Of a stretch of DNA of 64,000 nucleotides, positions 1-17,084 are shown piece by piece. Source of the DNA: Cyanophora paradoxa CCMP329 (Eukaryota; Plantae; Glaucophyta). The notes beneath the pieces were generated by a model, which had not been told where the DNA came from, did no database searches, and saw only the letters and a list, made by a program, of their open reading frames with translations. The stretch's first letter is position 1. Each line of letters begins with the position of its first letter. Position numbers and translations under genes: made by a program. The DNA lies in NCBI GenBank assembly GCA_004431415.1, contig QPMI01000559.1, forward strand, positions 72,961 to 136,960, read 5' to 3'.

Positions 1-754
1 TCCATCCTGATTCGGCTCCATCGGGCAGCAGGGAAGGTGAACGGCTCCATCGGGCAGCATGCGCAGGAAGGTGAATTGAACTTGGTAAGGCCCGGCGGCC
101 CGTGCACGTGCATGCGCATGCATGTGGTGGCCGGAAGAGTTGGGATGGTCGGCGGCCGCACCGACATGCATGGTGCTCTGGTCGTGCTAGGCCTAGGAGT
201 GCTGGCTGTGGCGATTTCGCTTCGCCGCTGGTCGCTTCGTGGCCTGGGGCGGCCGCGGGCCGCGAGCGAAGCTGGGCGTGAAGGGAAGGGCCGCTCGGAG
301 GCGAGGGCGCCGGCGTTGAGGTTCGCCTCGATGACGGCGCGCGGCATCTTGCCGATGGCGTGCCCCAGGTCCTTCCCCGCCGCGGCGCCCCGCTCAGGAA
401 CTCGAAGTGCGGGATCCCGTCCACGTCGTACTACGGTACCGGTACCTGCGCATGCCCCACGCCCCCAGCCCTCAGCCGCTGGCCATGGAGACCCCGCAGG
501 GGGCGGCGGCGGGGGGCCGGGGCGCGCTTGTCGATCTCGGCGAAGGTCTGCGGGCTGTCGATGACCTGCGCGGGCGGGGTTGAGCTCGAGGTGCCGCTGA
601 CAGCAGGCCGCGTCACGTCACTGTCGGTACCCAAGCACTTTTTTCTCTTAATTTGCGAAAAGGGGGGGACGGTTTCAAGAATTAATTTGAATTCGTCGCG
701 TCGAACGAACACGTTCGAGGCGCGACCACGGCAAGCCCCATTTGACCTGCTAAC

Positions 755-1817
755 ATGGATCCCGCCGTTGCCACCGCCCCTGCCGTTGAAGCCAAGGCTG
801 CCAAGGTGAAGGCGCCGAAGGTGCCGAAGGCCCCCAAGGAGAAGGCGCCCAAGGTTCGCTTTTGTCCGGCCCCGAGTGCCTCAGCCTGCGGCCACTTAAC
901 TACACGCCGCGAGTACTCCCCTAGCACAGCTAAGGCTTCTACTCTCTTTTCCGGCGGCGCAGAAGGATGCGAAGCCGAAGGCGGCCCCGACCCACCCTCC
1001 CTTCGCGGAGATGATCGCTGCGGGTGCGTTTTTCCGGCGGAGGCGGGGTTTTCGCATGTAATCAAAACCTTGACTCTTCCATGCAGCGATCACCTCGCTG
1101 AAGGAGCGGACGGGCTCTTCGGTCGTCGCCATTAAGCGCGCTATCCTTGCTGCCCACAAGGTTACTGACGACAACACCTTCAAGGCCCACCTGGTGCTCT
1201 ACCGCCCTATGTCCCAGGCCCGCGAGCTCCTCTGAAGCCTCGCCGCAGCGCATGGCACTGCAGCGCGGTGTCAAGAACGGTGCGCTTGTGAAGGTCAAGG
1301 CGAGCTACAAGCTCTCGTCGGCGACGAAGCCGGCCGCGAAGCCGGTCGCCAAGAAGGCGGCCCCGAAGGGTTCGCTTGAGCGAGGCTTCTGCATTGCGCG
1401 CGTGCCTAATTTTCCTTCAGTCGTCACCGGCGACGCCGCGAAGGCTGTCAAGAAGGGTGCGCTTGATGACCTGGCCCAGCGGGGATGAGTCGCTTTCTGA
1501 CCTTCATCGCAGCTGTTGCAAAGCCCAAGACCGCCAAGCCGAAGGCCGAGGGCGCCAAGAAGGCTGCGGCGAAGACGGCTAAGCCGAAGAAGGCTGCGGC
1601 GAAGCCCGCGGCGAAGCCTGCGGCGAAGCCGGCGGTGAAGAAGGCCGCGCCCAAGGCTGCCAAGCCAGCTGCAAAGAAGGCCGCTCCGGCGAAGCCGAAG
1701 GCAGCGAAGCCTGCGGCGAAGAAGGCCGCCGCGCCCAAGGTGAAGAAGACCATCACCAAGAAGGCGGCGCCGAAGAAGGTTGCTGTCCCCAAGGCCAAGG
1801 CCGCTGCCAAGAAGTAG
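755..1817 (+). CDS. Histone H1 (linker histone), multi-exon
   Basis: Spliced exons give a K/A/P-rich N-terminus, a globular domain (THPPFAEMIAAAITSLKERTGSSVVAIKRAI...LQRGVKNGALVKVKASYKL) and a long AKP-rich tail ending TAG at 1815-1817; short GT-AG introns. Confidence 0.95.
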
Positions 1818-1849
1818 AGTGGCTGTTGCCGCTCTATTTCTTCCCTCAC

Positions 1850-1864
1850 GGTGTTTTAAACACC
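1850..1864 (+). promoter_or_regulatory. Histone-type 3' stem-loop candidate (GGTGTT-TTA-AACACC)
   Basis: Perfect 6-bp stem about 32 nt after the H1 stop codon; position and GG...CC closing pairs resemble histone mRNA stem-loops, although the loop is 3 nt rather than 4. Confidence 0.55.
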
Positions 1865-2111
1865 TCCCTCTCCTCTTGGTCCCGCGAAGGCCATTAAGCC
1901 AGCACACTGGAGAGCTAGAAATAATTACATGCTGCACATTATTAAAGTACTGAAGTTTATGAATTATTTCCCGCCTACTTAGCCCCGGTTTAGCCCGAGA
2001 GTTCCAGGGTTTAGCCCCGTCTCCGCCATATGTAAGCTCTGCCGAAGTGGGAAGGCTTGTCTCAACTTTCTAGAAATTTTCCAATTTTTTTTGGCCAGTG
2101 TATTTCTGCGT

Positions 2112-2972
2112 TACGGGCGCGCCGGACCTCCTACCTACAGCGCTTTAACTGTACCCGTGCTGTTTGGGTGAGAGCGTAACCCGCAGGGACTGGTGCCCTG
2201 ATGGAAAAGGGGATGGGAGCCGAGCCTAGCTACGAGCTGAGCAGGCGCTTCGCGTCCACGCCCGTGCCGTAGCGGATGAAGATGCCCCTGCGAGAGGTCT
2301 GTGCGATTCCGATCGTAATCGCAACTCTGATTCCGACCGTAATCGCAACTCTGATTCCGATCGTAATCGCAACTCTGATTCCGATCGTAATCGCAACTCT
2401 GATTCCGATCGCAATCGCAACTCTGATTCCGATCGTAATCGCAAGTGTATTTGTTTGGATATGTGTTGTGGTTTTCGAATTAAGCCCCCCTGTTCGAACT
2501 CAAATCTTGGGGCAGAAAAGTTTTACGACGATTGATTGTATTCGAAAACTCTACTCTTGCACAGTTTTTGTTGCAGAATTGAATTCATGCCCAAATGCTA
2601 TACTTCAATTATACAAGTGTGACTGGACAGGGGGGGGGGGGGGGGTAAACGGAGATGTTTCGTTGCGGTGAAATGACATGCATCGTAATCGCACTGTGTA
2701 TAACTCCTAGTAGTTATTGTTGTGTGCTAATGCAAATCGTGGCCGACGTAGAATTGCATGCGCATTATATATAATTAGCCTTGAGGGGTCTGACGTCTTG
2801 ATTGCGATTACGATTGAGCCTTGAGGGGTCTGACGTCTTTGATTGTGATTGCGATTGCGGCCCCTGCCGCCACAAGACGCGATGCAGCACCACGCCGCGC
2901 ATGCGGGCACACGTAGCCATAGGTAGCCAGAGTGTCCGCGGGGAGGCGCATATGCATTACTCTCCTTAGGGG
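2112..2972 (-). mobile_element. Degenerate non-autonomous Fanzor-family element (right end 2112-2306, subterminal repeats, left-end internal fragment ~2855-2972)
   Basis: Reverse-complement match to ~53087-53284; 24-bp tandem (GATCGTAATCGCAACTCTGATTCC) at ~2310-2445; 2855-2972 matches the left-end family at 28190-28312. Extreme termini are diverged or lost. Confidence 0.75.
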
Positions 2973-3253
2973 GACATGCAGGATATCCGGGCCTTCAGGG
3001 CCTTCGGCTTTTTGTCTAATACTTCCATACATGCTGTACATACTGTTCATTCTGCGCCTCGTGAAGGAAAGCACACCGAACTTATAGATCTTAAGGTGGT
3101 GGCAGCCTTTGACTCAGATCTAGAGCTCGTGGCGGAATGTATGTGCAGCGACTGCGCCACAGCATATTATTGTGCATTTGCGCTTCACACAGATCAGACA
3201 TCATCTGCTACATGTAAAAAAAACCATACAAGATATTGGATGCGCAGCTATAG

Positions 3254-4835
3254 CTAGACTCCATGGGACCGAAGAAAACGGCTGAGCTGTTCGTTCACTA
3301 GAAGAGTTATCTGCGTGAAAAACATTCAGGTGAGTTCTTTTCAACAGAAAACGAGGAGATGAAGCTAGCGCCTGCCTCCACCCTCTTCCATAAGACTGGG
3401 CCGCCCCCCCCTTCCCCCCGCCCCCCCCCGCCCCCCCCCCCCCCCCTTGCCCCCCGTCATACTCAACTCCCCGTCTCTCAACCCCACCTCCCCCCCCCCC
3501 CCCCCCCCCCCCCCAACAACATCAACAATCATCACCATCACATGTGGCGCAATTCGAACATAGTAGGTCCCGAACCCCTGTGCGCACAGGCCTTAGTAAT
3601 GCAAAGCAGTCTATAGCTTTTAAAGGACAAACACGACAAAGTACTTGGCACCTTGTAGAACGCTAGAGGGCCCTCGTTTACGAGCGTTTTGAATACACAG
3701 TCGACTGAGTTTTTGTAGGGAAGCAATCCATGTGCATCCGGTTTTTGTTTCTGCATGCGCGTCTGCCAACCAAAGTCAGGATGCTCCAGCTCGGATTTCG
3801 ATTTTGGAGGATGGGAGGATGGGAACCTTCACAAAATCGAAGGGAAGAGAGGCCGCTGACGCGAGAAAACCCGCGGCTGCGCTCGCTGGTAGCTCCGCTT
3901 CTTTTCTCGTCCATTCCAACCGATGTTGTAGCACATCCTTGACCCGTTCATTTGATGCTAACATTGCGGCATTGAGCGCCATTGCTCGGCAGACCGTGGG
4001 GGTGCACCCCTAAGAGAGGTAAGGGCAGGCGGACGTCGGAGATACGGCGTTTCGCGCCTTCCAAAGGGCGAAGAAGCCCTCCTCTTTGATGATGCGGCCA
4101 AGCGCGTTGCCGACACCCGTGTAATTGCGGCGCTGCTCCTTGGGAAGCGTGGAGTCTGACTAAAAGAGAGTAAGGAAAAGGAAGATCAACTGAAAGAGAG
4201 CAGACCTGCATGCGAATGAGGGCGAGGTCTGCGGGAGTGCCAAAAACCGAGGCGATGCCGCCGGCCGATAGACCGAGGGTTGCCAAAACGTATGTTGGTA
4301 TGTGCTGGGCTGGAAAGTATTCTTCTTGGACTTTGTCGCGAGCGCTGTTGAACAGCCCAAGGCGAGCGGTTGTGTACGTCGCCTGCCGGAGAAGGGCAGC
4401 GCCGAGGCCCCGGTAAAAAGAGAGCATGCCGTCCTCGCGAAGCACTGTGAGGACTGTGGCAACAGCCCCCGCTTTGGGGCCCTTTACGCCTTCGCCTGGG
4501 AGATTTTCACTCGACGTAAGATTTCGATTTCGATGTTTGCACTCAAAGTAAGAAGCCTTACCTGCGAGCTGAAGCCTGACCTTGACCAAATCGACCGGCT
4601 GGAAAGAGGTCAGCGACGAGCACACGAGCGACGAGCGCGCGAGGCCAGGCTGTCCACCTGTATTATGCATGTTGCGAACATGCCGCTTGAACCGCCTAAG
4701 ACCTGCGCGGTGAAGAGCAGGCCGCTCACGGACGGACGCCGAAGGCTGGGGCGGCTCGGCGCGTACATAGGGTCGTGCCGCCTTCCAGACAGCGAGGGCA
4801 TTTGGGTACGCCGACGCCTCGAACTCCCGTGTCAT
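3254..4835 (-). CDS. Mitochondrial 2-oxoglutarate/malate (di/tricarboxylate) carrier, SLC25 family, multi-exon
   Basis: Exons with carrier signatures QPVDLVKVRLQL, YRGLGAALLRQATYTTARLG, GTPADLALIRMQ, LPFDFVK, YKNSVDCVFKTLVNEGPLAFYK, GFGTYYVRIAPH; last exon ITLLVNEQLSRFLRSHGV*. Confidence 0.93.
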
Positions 4836-6445
4836 CGCGAGCTGTGGCGTCGAAGAAATTGGCACGGCGTCACTTCGGCGCGCGTCGCGTCGACGTCGAC
4901 GTCGCTGCTGACAGTGATGCGGATGCTGCCTATCTGGCCCTGCAGAAAGAGCAGACTAGTACTGTGGATGTGCACAGTGTAGCCGGGCCTTTTTTTCTGG
5001 CGCCACGCCTTTTGGCGAGTCCACGAAGCGCGGGTCCTGCGGGCGATTACGTTTAATTTCCTGCTATTACTTTAAGGTCATGAAGTTAGACGTCGCTTTT
5101 GTTAGACGTTTGCCCACCAGTGGGCCACCACACTGTGACAACGACGCCCACAAAGATTTCGATAGACGAACTTCGCGATCGGAATGACCGACGAGAATAT
5201 TTACTTTTTCGAGATTGCACTGCGGCAGACCGTCGGACCCAGCCTGGCAGACACCTGTTCATCCGATCAGTTCTGACCGCGGGTAGGAGGTGGCCATGGG
5301 CAGGGCCCGCGCCGTGGCTGCGGCGGCCGGGCCCGGGTCGAAACAAAAGTCCTGTGCGAATTCCCCATGTTTTGGCCCCTAACGGGAAAGCGCTGTACAA
5401 TCACGCCCATGTACGCATATATATATATATACCTTTTTCGTCAGGACCGATGAACATTGTGCCCATCGACTTCATCAAGCTCGGGCGTGCAGGGCCCATT
5501 CCTCCCCAGGGATGCGCTCGCCGCACTCCGGATCTCTGCCCCAGCTGCAGGGTGTCGCCTCAGGGCCTCTTGCAATTAATATTCCCGCACCCCGCCTCCC
5601 CGCTTGCTCGCCCCCACCCCACCATGGCACAGCAATTGCAACGCGTCGGACGAGCTAGCTCATTGTTCGCCACGAGCTGTACGAGTGGGCGCACCGTTGG
5701 GCGCTCGCGCACAGGGCGGGCACCCCCGCCTGCCCCCCCTCACCCCTGAATTTGCTGAAAGTTTTTTCGTAACGTAGTAAAAAATGAATATCACAATCTT
5801 TGTCGACGTCGAAGCAAAACAATGCGCCCCCGCCCCCCCCTCCTGCCCCCCAGGGGCAGTTTTTCCTGTCACAGTGTCCCCGAGGGGCAGCTGCAGTGCA
5901 GCCTCGGGTCGCAGGCTATATATAGCTAGGGGGGCGGGGTTAACGTTCTAGAAAAGTTTCGCCCTGGCACCCATTCAATGATTGGCCAATAGGGTCGTCG
6001 TTCTTGCGCATGCGCGAATCGGCGAATAGGAGCACAAAGCCCCAAAGAATCTACCCCCCCCCCCCGCCCCCCCCCCCCCCTCCCTATTTAAATCAAAAGG
6101 GTCCGGTCCTCAGGGCCTTTTTAAATTTCCTTAAGTATACCACTCTTTATATAATATAATTTATTATATTATATATACCCCGCCCCCTCGCCCCCTCGCC
6201 ACTCTGTACAAGTACTAGTAGCCCCCCTTGCACCTCCGCGGCCGCGCGCGGCCCGCACTTCCCGCACTTGCACACGGCCGGGCGCGGTCAGCTAGTTATA
6301 TGATAGTCCAGGAAAAGGTCCAATCCTTCGCGCAGCATTCCTATCTATCTATATATATCTTAAGCTTTGAATTCGAATTCAACCGTTGAACGCTCAGTTA
6401 ACACTTACACTCATGATCAGTAAAGAGCTGGAAGCTGGATCGGGA

Positions 6446-6494
6446 AGAAGAAGAAGAGTATGTATAAGACACGCCCAAGCCGGTTGTGCGGTTT
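6446..6494 (-). repeat. LINE 3'-terminal motif fragment with (CTT)n tail
   Basis: AAGAAGAAGAGTATGTATAAGACACGCCCAAGCCGGTTGTGCGGTTT also at 14013 and 33406; reverse copies at ~26636-26690 and ~39258-39297. Confidence 0.75.
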
Positions 6495-7003
6495 AGTACT
6501 CGTCAGTATACGTATACGGACCCTCGCGATCATCGGATCGAGCTCGGCGTTGCCCTGTTCAGCTCCGTATATATTGGTAGCTCCGTTAACGTTAGTTTGC
6601 CCGGCCCGCTCTCCCATCACCCCGCTCAAGTAAAAATGCGTCGAAATGCGATTCGTCGAAATGCGATTCCGGTTCCAAAAACAGCATGCTCACGTAGTCC
6701 AGGAGCGAATAGTTGTTGCCCGACATCATCTGGGTCGCCCCCACGCGCCAGGAGAGGAGCGCGGACATCGATCGTGTGGGAGGGGAGGGGTCAACTGGGA
6801 ACTAACAAGCTCAAGCCGCAGAGCTGCATGATCAAGCTCGCCGAGTCGTTAACAAGCTCGTTGAGCTCTACCTCGAGCTCGTTGAGCTCTCGCTCAAGCT
6901 CGCAGAGCTCTAACTCAAGCTCAAGGCTATCTTAAGCTTACCGTAGTACTGCTACGTATACATCGTTCAATTGCAAGGCACCGGCACCGGCCCCAAGCAC
7001 CAG

Positions 7004-7249
7004 TCCATCAGGGCATCAGTCCCTGCGGGTTACGCTCTCACCCAAACAGCACGGGTACAGTTAAAGCGCTGTAGGTAGGAGGTCCCGCGCGCCCGTAGCT
7101 TAGAAAGAGCAATCCGTTGTGGCAAATTCTCCATCAGGGCACCAGTCCCTGCGGGTTACGCTCTCACCCAAACAGCACGGGTACAGTTAAAGCGCTGTAG
7201 GTAGGAGGTCCCGCGCGCCCGTAGCTTAGAAAGAGCAATCCGTTGTGGC
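7004..7249 (+). ncRNA. Two tandem copies of the Fanzor right end / putative omegaRNA scaffold (7004-7111 and 7130-7237), each followed by ATCCGTTGTGGC
   Basis: Near-identical to 53191-53298; 126-bp periodicity. Confidence 0.7.
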
Positions 7250-7353
7250 TTGAGCCACGAAGCTTGCAATTGACGGGCTCTGCCTTGAGCTTAGAAAGAG
7301 CTGGCCTGGGGAGGGATTGCGCCGAACTTTTGGCCGCAGGCCACCAACTTTTT

Positions 7354-7998
7354 ATGTTCATCGCGGGCCTCCCGCCGCCGGGCACACCGGCGGCAGCGCA
7401 AATAGGCGATCGATGCGCGTCGCTGCGGCGCAGCAGGCCGCTCCCGAGATGCGCCGATCGGCCCCCACGCGCGCTGCCTCACTGCTCGACGTGCGCAACG
7501 GCGATCGATCGGGCATTCTTGTCGCAACTTCTCATTCACAGTCCAGCAGGTTCTCTTTCAGAGGCCCAAGCCCGCCAGAGCGAAGCGTCTTTGTGCTCGC
7601 GGAGTGCGCGTACGCACCGGACGACGCGACGCTGAAGGCGGCGCGCAAGGCCGCCCTGGCGCTGGTTCACGTCGTGCGCATCGGCAGGCGAGGCGTGACA
7701 CAGGGCGTCATCGACGCGTGCCGCGAAGCCGCGCGGGGCAGCAGAGGCGTCGTAAAAGTACGATGCGTCGGAATTGATCCGCGACAGGCCGCTTAAGCGA
7801 TACAGGTGCTCGTGGATAAAGACGCACCAGTTCAGGCAGGAAATGTCAACATTGACGGCTTCTTCCGAGTCCAGGTGTGGCTCCTCTACATTAGCTTTGA
7901 TCTGGCGTGCTCCAGTTTAATCTCAGGCCCGATCGCAGGTTAATGGCCGCAAGGTTGTTCTCATACAAGACGGCGTCAGCAGCGATGACCTTACATAA
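7354..7998 (+). CDS. CRM/YhbY-domain RNA-binding protein, probably plastid-targeted; possibly pseudogenised
   Basis: MFIAG... transit-like start; LKAARKAALALVHVVRIGRRGVTQGVIDACREAARGSRGVVKVRC and VNGRKVVL match the CRM pattern; an in-frame TAA at 7794-7796 interrupts the domain. Confidence 0.6.
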
Positions 7999-8066
7999 CG
8001 GGGTTCGTGCATTCGATCGCGAAACGTGACTATGATAACCTTCAATGAGTAGGCTACTGGAAAGGA

Positions 8067-12610
<4,544 letters not shown>

Positions 12611-12689
12611 TACAACAGCATTTTAATTTGAGCTCGGCCCCCTGGGCTCTGCGCATGCCTGAAGGGGTCGGCAGTGTGATGCGCATCGC

Positions 12690-14010
12690 TTCAAATTGTA
12701 TCCTTCCTTATCTCTTGGTGCTTTTGGATCCTACTTTCACATGCACCGCTCGATGATCTCCCTTCTTGATCTTCTTCCTGAGAATCATGTAGTTCGTCAG
12801 CGGATTAGTCAGGATCATCTCCGCGCCCTGCAGCCGTTCTGCGCAACTTCTCACGGTTGGTTCGTGTTCTCTGTGCTCTATCTCCCGTGGTCTGGCTGCG
12901 CTCTGTGTCCGCTGGCGTTCGCGCCCTTTCTCCTGGCCGTTGTGCCCATTCTCTGCCTGTCGCGGCTGTATTCTTCATCTTCGATGCAACACGTCTGAAA
13001 TGCGCCCTCTGACATGCGTACGTCACGCCGTCGCCTGGCGCCTTTTCCCGCTAACCGTAGACGTGGCTGCTCATTGCTTGCTCTCCTTCAGTGAGCATTG
13101 CATTTCTGCATCTTTATGTCGTCCGGTAGCCGATCGTATCGCTAACAAGCCGACCTTTCCGCCACCATTGCTAACTGCTGCCTGCGCTTCGGCATAGCAT
13201 TGTCTGCTTGCTGCGCATCGCCGCCGTCAGACGCTGTTGTAAACCTCCCTCGACTCACCTCGCTTGCTCCGCATGCCGCTGCCGGACGCTGTCGCACACC
13301 TCCTTCGACTCACCTCAGGTGTGCTCCTACTCGTGAGTCAGAGACACAGACCCAGGCCCAGTCTTCTACTGCTCCTGCTAATAAGCGCTCGCGGATTTCT
13401 GACGGTCGGACGCTGTTATACACCTTCCTCGACTCACCTTGCTTGCTCCGCATGCCGCTGTCGGACGCTGTCGCATACCTCCCTCGACTCACCTCAGCTC
13501 TGCTGCTCGTGAGGAGATTATTTGTTTCCATTCCCTTCAGCGAGCCTTTGCCACTGCTCAGCAGATTACTCGTGAATCCGTTGCACAGGCTCAGGCCCAG
13601 TCTTCTGAACCTGCTAATAAGCGCACTCATCTTTCTGATCCTGAGTTTAATGGCTCTTCTGTTGGTATGGCAGATGCTGCTTTTCATGAGTAATCCTGCT
13701 TGACACTTGAGCTTGTGTCCTTCCTTTGCCCGGGGCAAACCCTGATACCCTCGGGCCGCCCGACAGGGAGCGGGCCGTCACGGGGATTCAGGCTCTTCCT
13801 ATGTGGCGCCGTCGGGTGTCCACATAGGTTGGCTTTTCATTCTGCTGGCGCCCTGGGGGTGGTGGCCCAGGGTCCTGTACGTGGCTTCCACTCACTCCCC
13901 ACGCTAGTGGGTCCCTGACGGGCCTTGCACGTCCCATTCGGGGCCTCTGCGGCTTTGTCATACCCAGTCTTGCTGGCGTGGATGTGTCTACTGCATTTCT
14001 CTCTCTCTCT
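12690..14010 (+). mobile_element. Probable degenerate LINE 3' fragment with (CT)n tail
   Basis: Pyrimidine-rich broken ORFs with internal repeats, a GATACCC...CAGGGAGC...GGGATTC motif shared with ~30548, and a terminal (TC)n. Confidence 0.4.
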
Positions 14011-14240
14011 TGAAGAGTATGTATAAGACACGCCCAAGCCGGTTGTGCGGTTTTGACGAAAGGCGAAGGACCCGAAGGCCCGAAGCACAATCGAAGAGAA
14101 GCCAGGTGCACACCCAGTCTTCTTTACGGGCGGATATGCTCGAGGCGCCAGCCCACCCAGCCCAGCCGCTGAGCCGGGGCAGTACGTACCCCCACAAGCC
14201 CCTGACTTAGGGACGGTGCTTGCAAGGAAGCAGCTTGCGT
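14011..14240 (-). mobile_element. LINE 3' end fragment, tail-to-tail with the preceding element
   Basis: 14013-14095 matches the 3' terminus of the LINE at ~33413-33496. Confidence 0.7.
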
Positions 14241-14819
14241 TCAAGGTGCACTTTCAAAGTTTCGGGTGTTTAAGATAAGCTTGTCAAGGTGGCAAGGTGC
14301 TCAAGGCAAGGCGCAAGCTGCTGCCATACAAAATTTTTGTATGGGATCCGGAGCGGCATGCATATGGTAGCCCCCCCCGCGCCGGCGGCATATTGGTGGA
14401 AAACAGCTTTCGAAAAGCCAATTGCGATATTTATGACGTTGACCCAAGTTGCAGATTGAGGTTTGGATGCAGTGTGGATGTCTAGCACGTCATAGCACGT
14501 CACGACATAAAGGCTTTACGTCATAGCACGATTTGTATGGGGAAACTTTTGTATGGGCGGATCTTAAGCTTAGCTTGTCATGATCAAGGTGGCGAGGCGC
14601 TCAAGGTTAGCTTGTCAAGGTGAGGGGGGGTACCAAGCCACGTCCCTACCCTGACTCCCTGTCCCTGACATCGCCCGTTCGACACCGCCACACTGCCAAA
14701 GGGCCTGGGTGCAGCTTCGAATCAATTCAGCCGGCCGTAGACGGCATAGCTAAACGCTCAGATTTGTGCGCGATCCACTGCTCCTCGACCGGCTTGTGCA
14801 GCGAAACACGCGCACTGCA

Positions 14820-15615
14820 ATGGCGTCAAAAGAACCGACCACCTCGGGGACGATCTTCAAGAAGTGCGTTCCTCTGCTTGCGCCCGGCACGCAGCGCGTG
14901 GGCTAACGCGTAGATGCAGGTTTGGGAAAGACGAAATCTCCACGCAGAACCTGGTGAAGTCCTCTGTGCAGCGGGGCATACGCAGCTCCATTCTGGCGCA
15001 AATGCCTGCGATCGAGCCGATCATAGATGACATCCTGCCGAAGAAGAGCGACCTTGTCATCGCAAAATGGTGCGGAGGCGCGCAGGACCGCTCGATATTC
15101 CGAAATCATGGACACGCCTCGGCAGTGAAGGCCACATCAGTCTCGTCTGCATCGACAAAGAGCCCCTTTTCTTCCAGGAGCGCGATGGTCCATTCTTCCC
15201 AACGCTGCGTCTCTTGCACAAATGTGAGCGTCATTTTTTGCAGGTTGAACGTCGATTTGATTGACAGCCATCTCTGCAGATCCCTTCATCCTGCCACACA
15301 TGCAGTGCGACAAGGGGGCGATCAAGTTTGTCATTGGCGGGGCGAACGTGATGTGCCCTGGGCTGACCTCGAAGGGGGCCAAGATGGCTGAAGTCCCGGG
15401 GAACTCGGCTGTCGCCGTGATGGCGGAGGGCAAGCAGCATGCGATGGCAGTTGGTCTGACACGTTGGTCCTCTGAAGAAATGTGCGGTTCTTTTTTGAGA
15501 TTTCCCCCCCATGCAAGAATGATTCCAGAGCAGACGAAAGACGAACAAGGATATTGGAGTGTTCAACATGCATTACCTGGGTGATGGGTTGTGGAAGAAC
15601 CCTCGCTTGGATTAG
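14820..15615 (+). CDS. MCTS1: MCT-1/Tma20 PUA-domain translation re-initiation factor, multi-exon
   Basis: Spliced product IFKK|[22 protein letters not shown]...[11 protein letters not shown]|[31 protein letters not shown]...GKQHAMAVG...HYLGDGLW. Confidence 0.95.
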
Positions 15616-15865
15616 TACTTCAACTTCCCGGACTCCCGGGCCCCGGGGCCGGCTCGAGCCAAGCCTAGCCAGCCCGAAAATCGGCTCCGAGGCTCGAGCC
15701 GCTAGCAAGCAGGCTTGCCTCGCGATCGAGTCCTCGACTGCCTGCTCGAGCCGAGGCTCCCCCACAAGCCCCTGACTCCCTGTCCCTGTAATCTATATTA
15801 CAGATGATGACTTCTCTGACGCTGCTTCCGATTCTAGCTATAGTCTATGGATGCACTACTCGACT

Positions 15866-16105
15866 TGCTCTTTCTACGCTACGGGCGCGCGGGACCACTC
15901 CTAGACCGTCAACGCTTTAACTATACCCGTGCTGTTCGGGGTGAGAGCGTAACCCGCAGGGACTGGTGCCCTGATGGAAAAAAGGGGATGGGAGCCGAGC
16001 CTAGCTACGTATACGAGCTGAGCAGGCGCTTCGCGTCCACGCCCGTGCCGTAGCGGATCAGGATGCCCCTGCGAGAGGTCTGTGCGATCAGTACGATTAC
16101 GATTG
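15866..16105 (-). mobile_element. Fanzor right end copy (variant subfamily, includes the last coding exon)
   Basis: Reverse complement of ~53065-53298, with the variant central segment shared with 43865-44104. Confidence 0.85.
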
Positions 16106-17084
16106 TGAATCGTAATCACAACCCTGATTGCGATCGTAATCGCAACTCTAGATCTAATTCTGATCGTAATCGCAACTCTAATTCTGCTTTTTCTCTATAT
16201 CGCTTCAAATTGAAGAATTAAGAAATTATTGAGGCATTTACGGAGAACAGTGGTTTCGGGCTTTGGCTCCCCTTTCTCAATAGGACTGATCGCTTGCTGA
16301 AGCCATTATGGCCCCCTCCTGCTGACCCGTTCTTTGCCATCTTCGAAGCCTGGCGGACTATTTTCGATGTCAGAAGGCCTCCCGGAGAGTCCTCCCACAC
16401 TGGGTTCTCCGGGTCGGCGGGTGGCGAACTGAGTGGCTCAGTTCGGGACAAAGCACCTCCCCACTGACACTGTAGCTAGCTACAGGCCCGCACAGCAGGT
16501 GCGTTTTCCCTTGGAGCTGATCGTAATCGTAATTCTCTGGGTCTCGTCTTTGATTTTTTTTTCGTTTCTTGTTTTGATGAGCTCGGGCTGGGCAGCTGCT
16601 CGAGGATCAGCAGCTTGCCAGACCGCGTCATCGTCAGAAAATGGGAGCTGTTCGGCGAAGAAATCAACTGTAGCGAACGGGCGCTATGAGTGCAACGAAA
16701 GAGCCATGGCAAATCGAAAGTGTAGCACCGTCCTCGCCCTCCCAGCGCCGCCCGATCGCAATCGTAATCGTACTGATCGGCGGCGCCGAACCCTTCATCG
16801 CCCTGACACGAATCTCAGTCGCGCGCGACTCGACTTGCTCGGGAGCTGCTCGAGGCTGCACTGCAGCTGCAGGGTGGGCGGGTGGGCGGGTTCGGGCGTG
16901 TATGTTTATCAGGGTGGAAGAGGGGGGGGGGGGGGGGGAAGATTTAGGGTAGGGGATGGGTTGCTCAGGGGTTTTTTTCACCCACGCCAGCGTTCAGCCG
17001 CGCCAGCGCTGCCGGTAGCGTTATCGGCATCGCAATCGCTAGCACTTGCACGCAGTGACGCGGCAGTACTGTATTGCTTTTTCA

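Noticed and set aside
1305-1937. Minus-strand ORFs over histone H1 (and similar antisense ORFs over PGK and the carrier gene)
   Set aside because: Shadow ORFs caused by GC-rich codon bias on the coding strand.
2310-2445. 24-bp repeats resembling a CRISPR array
   Set aside because: Contiguous tandem units with no unique spacers and no cas genes; treated as element subterminal repeats.
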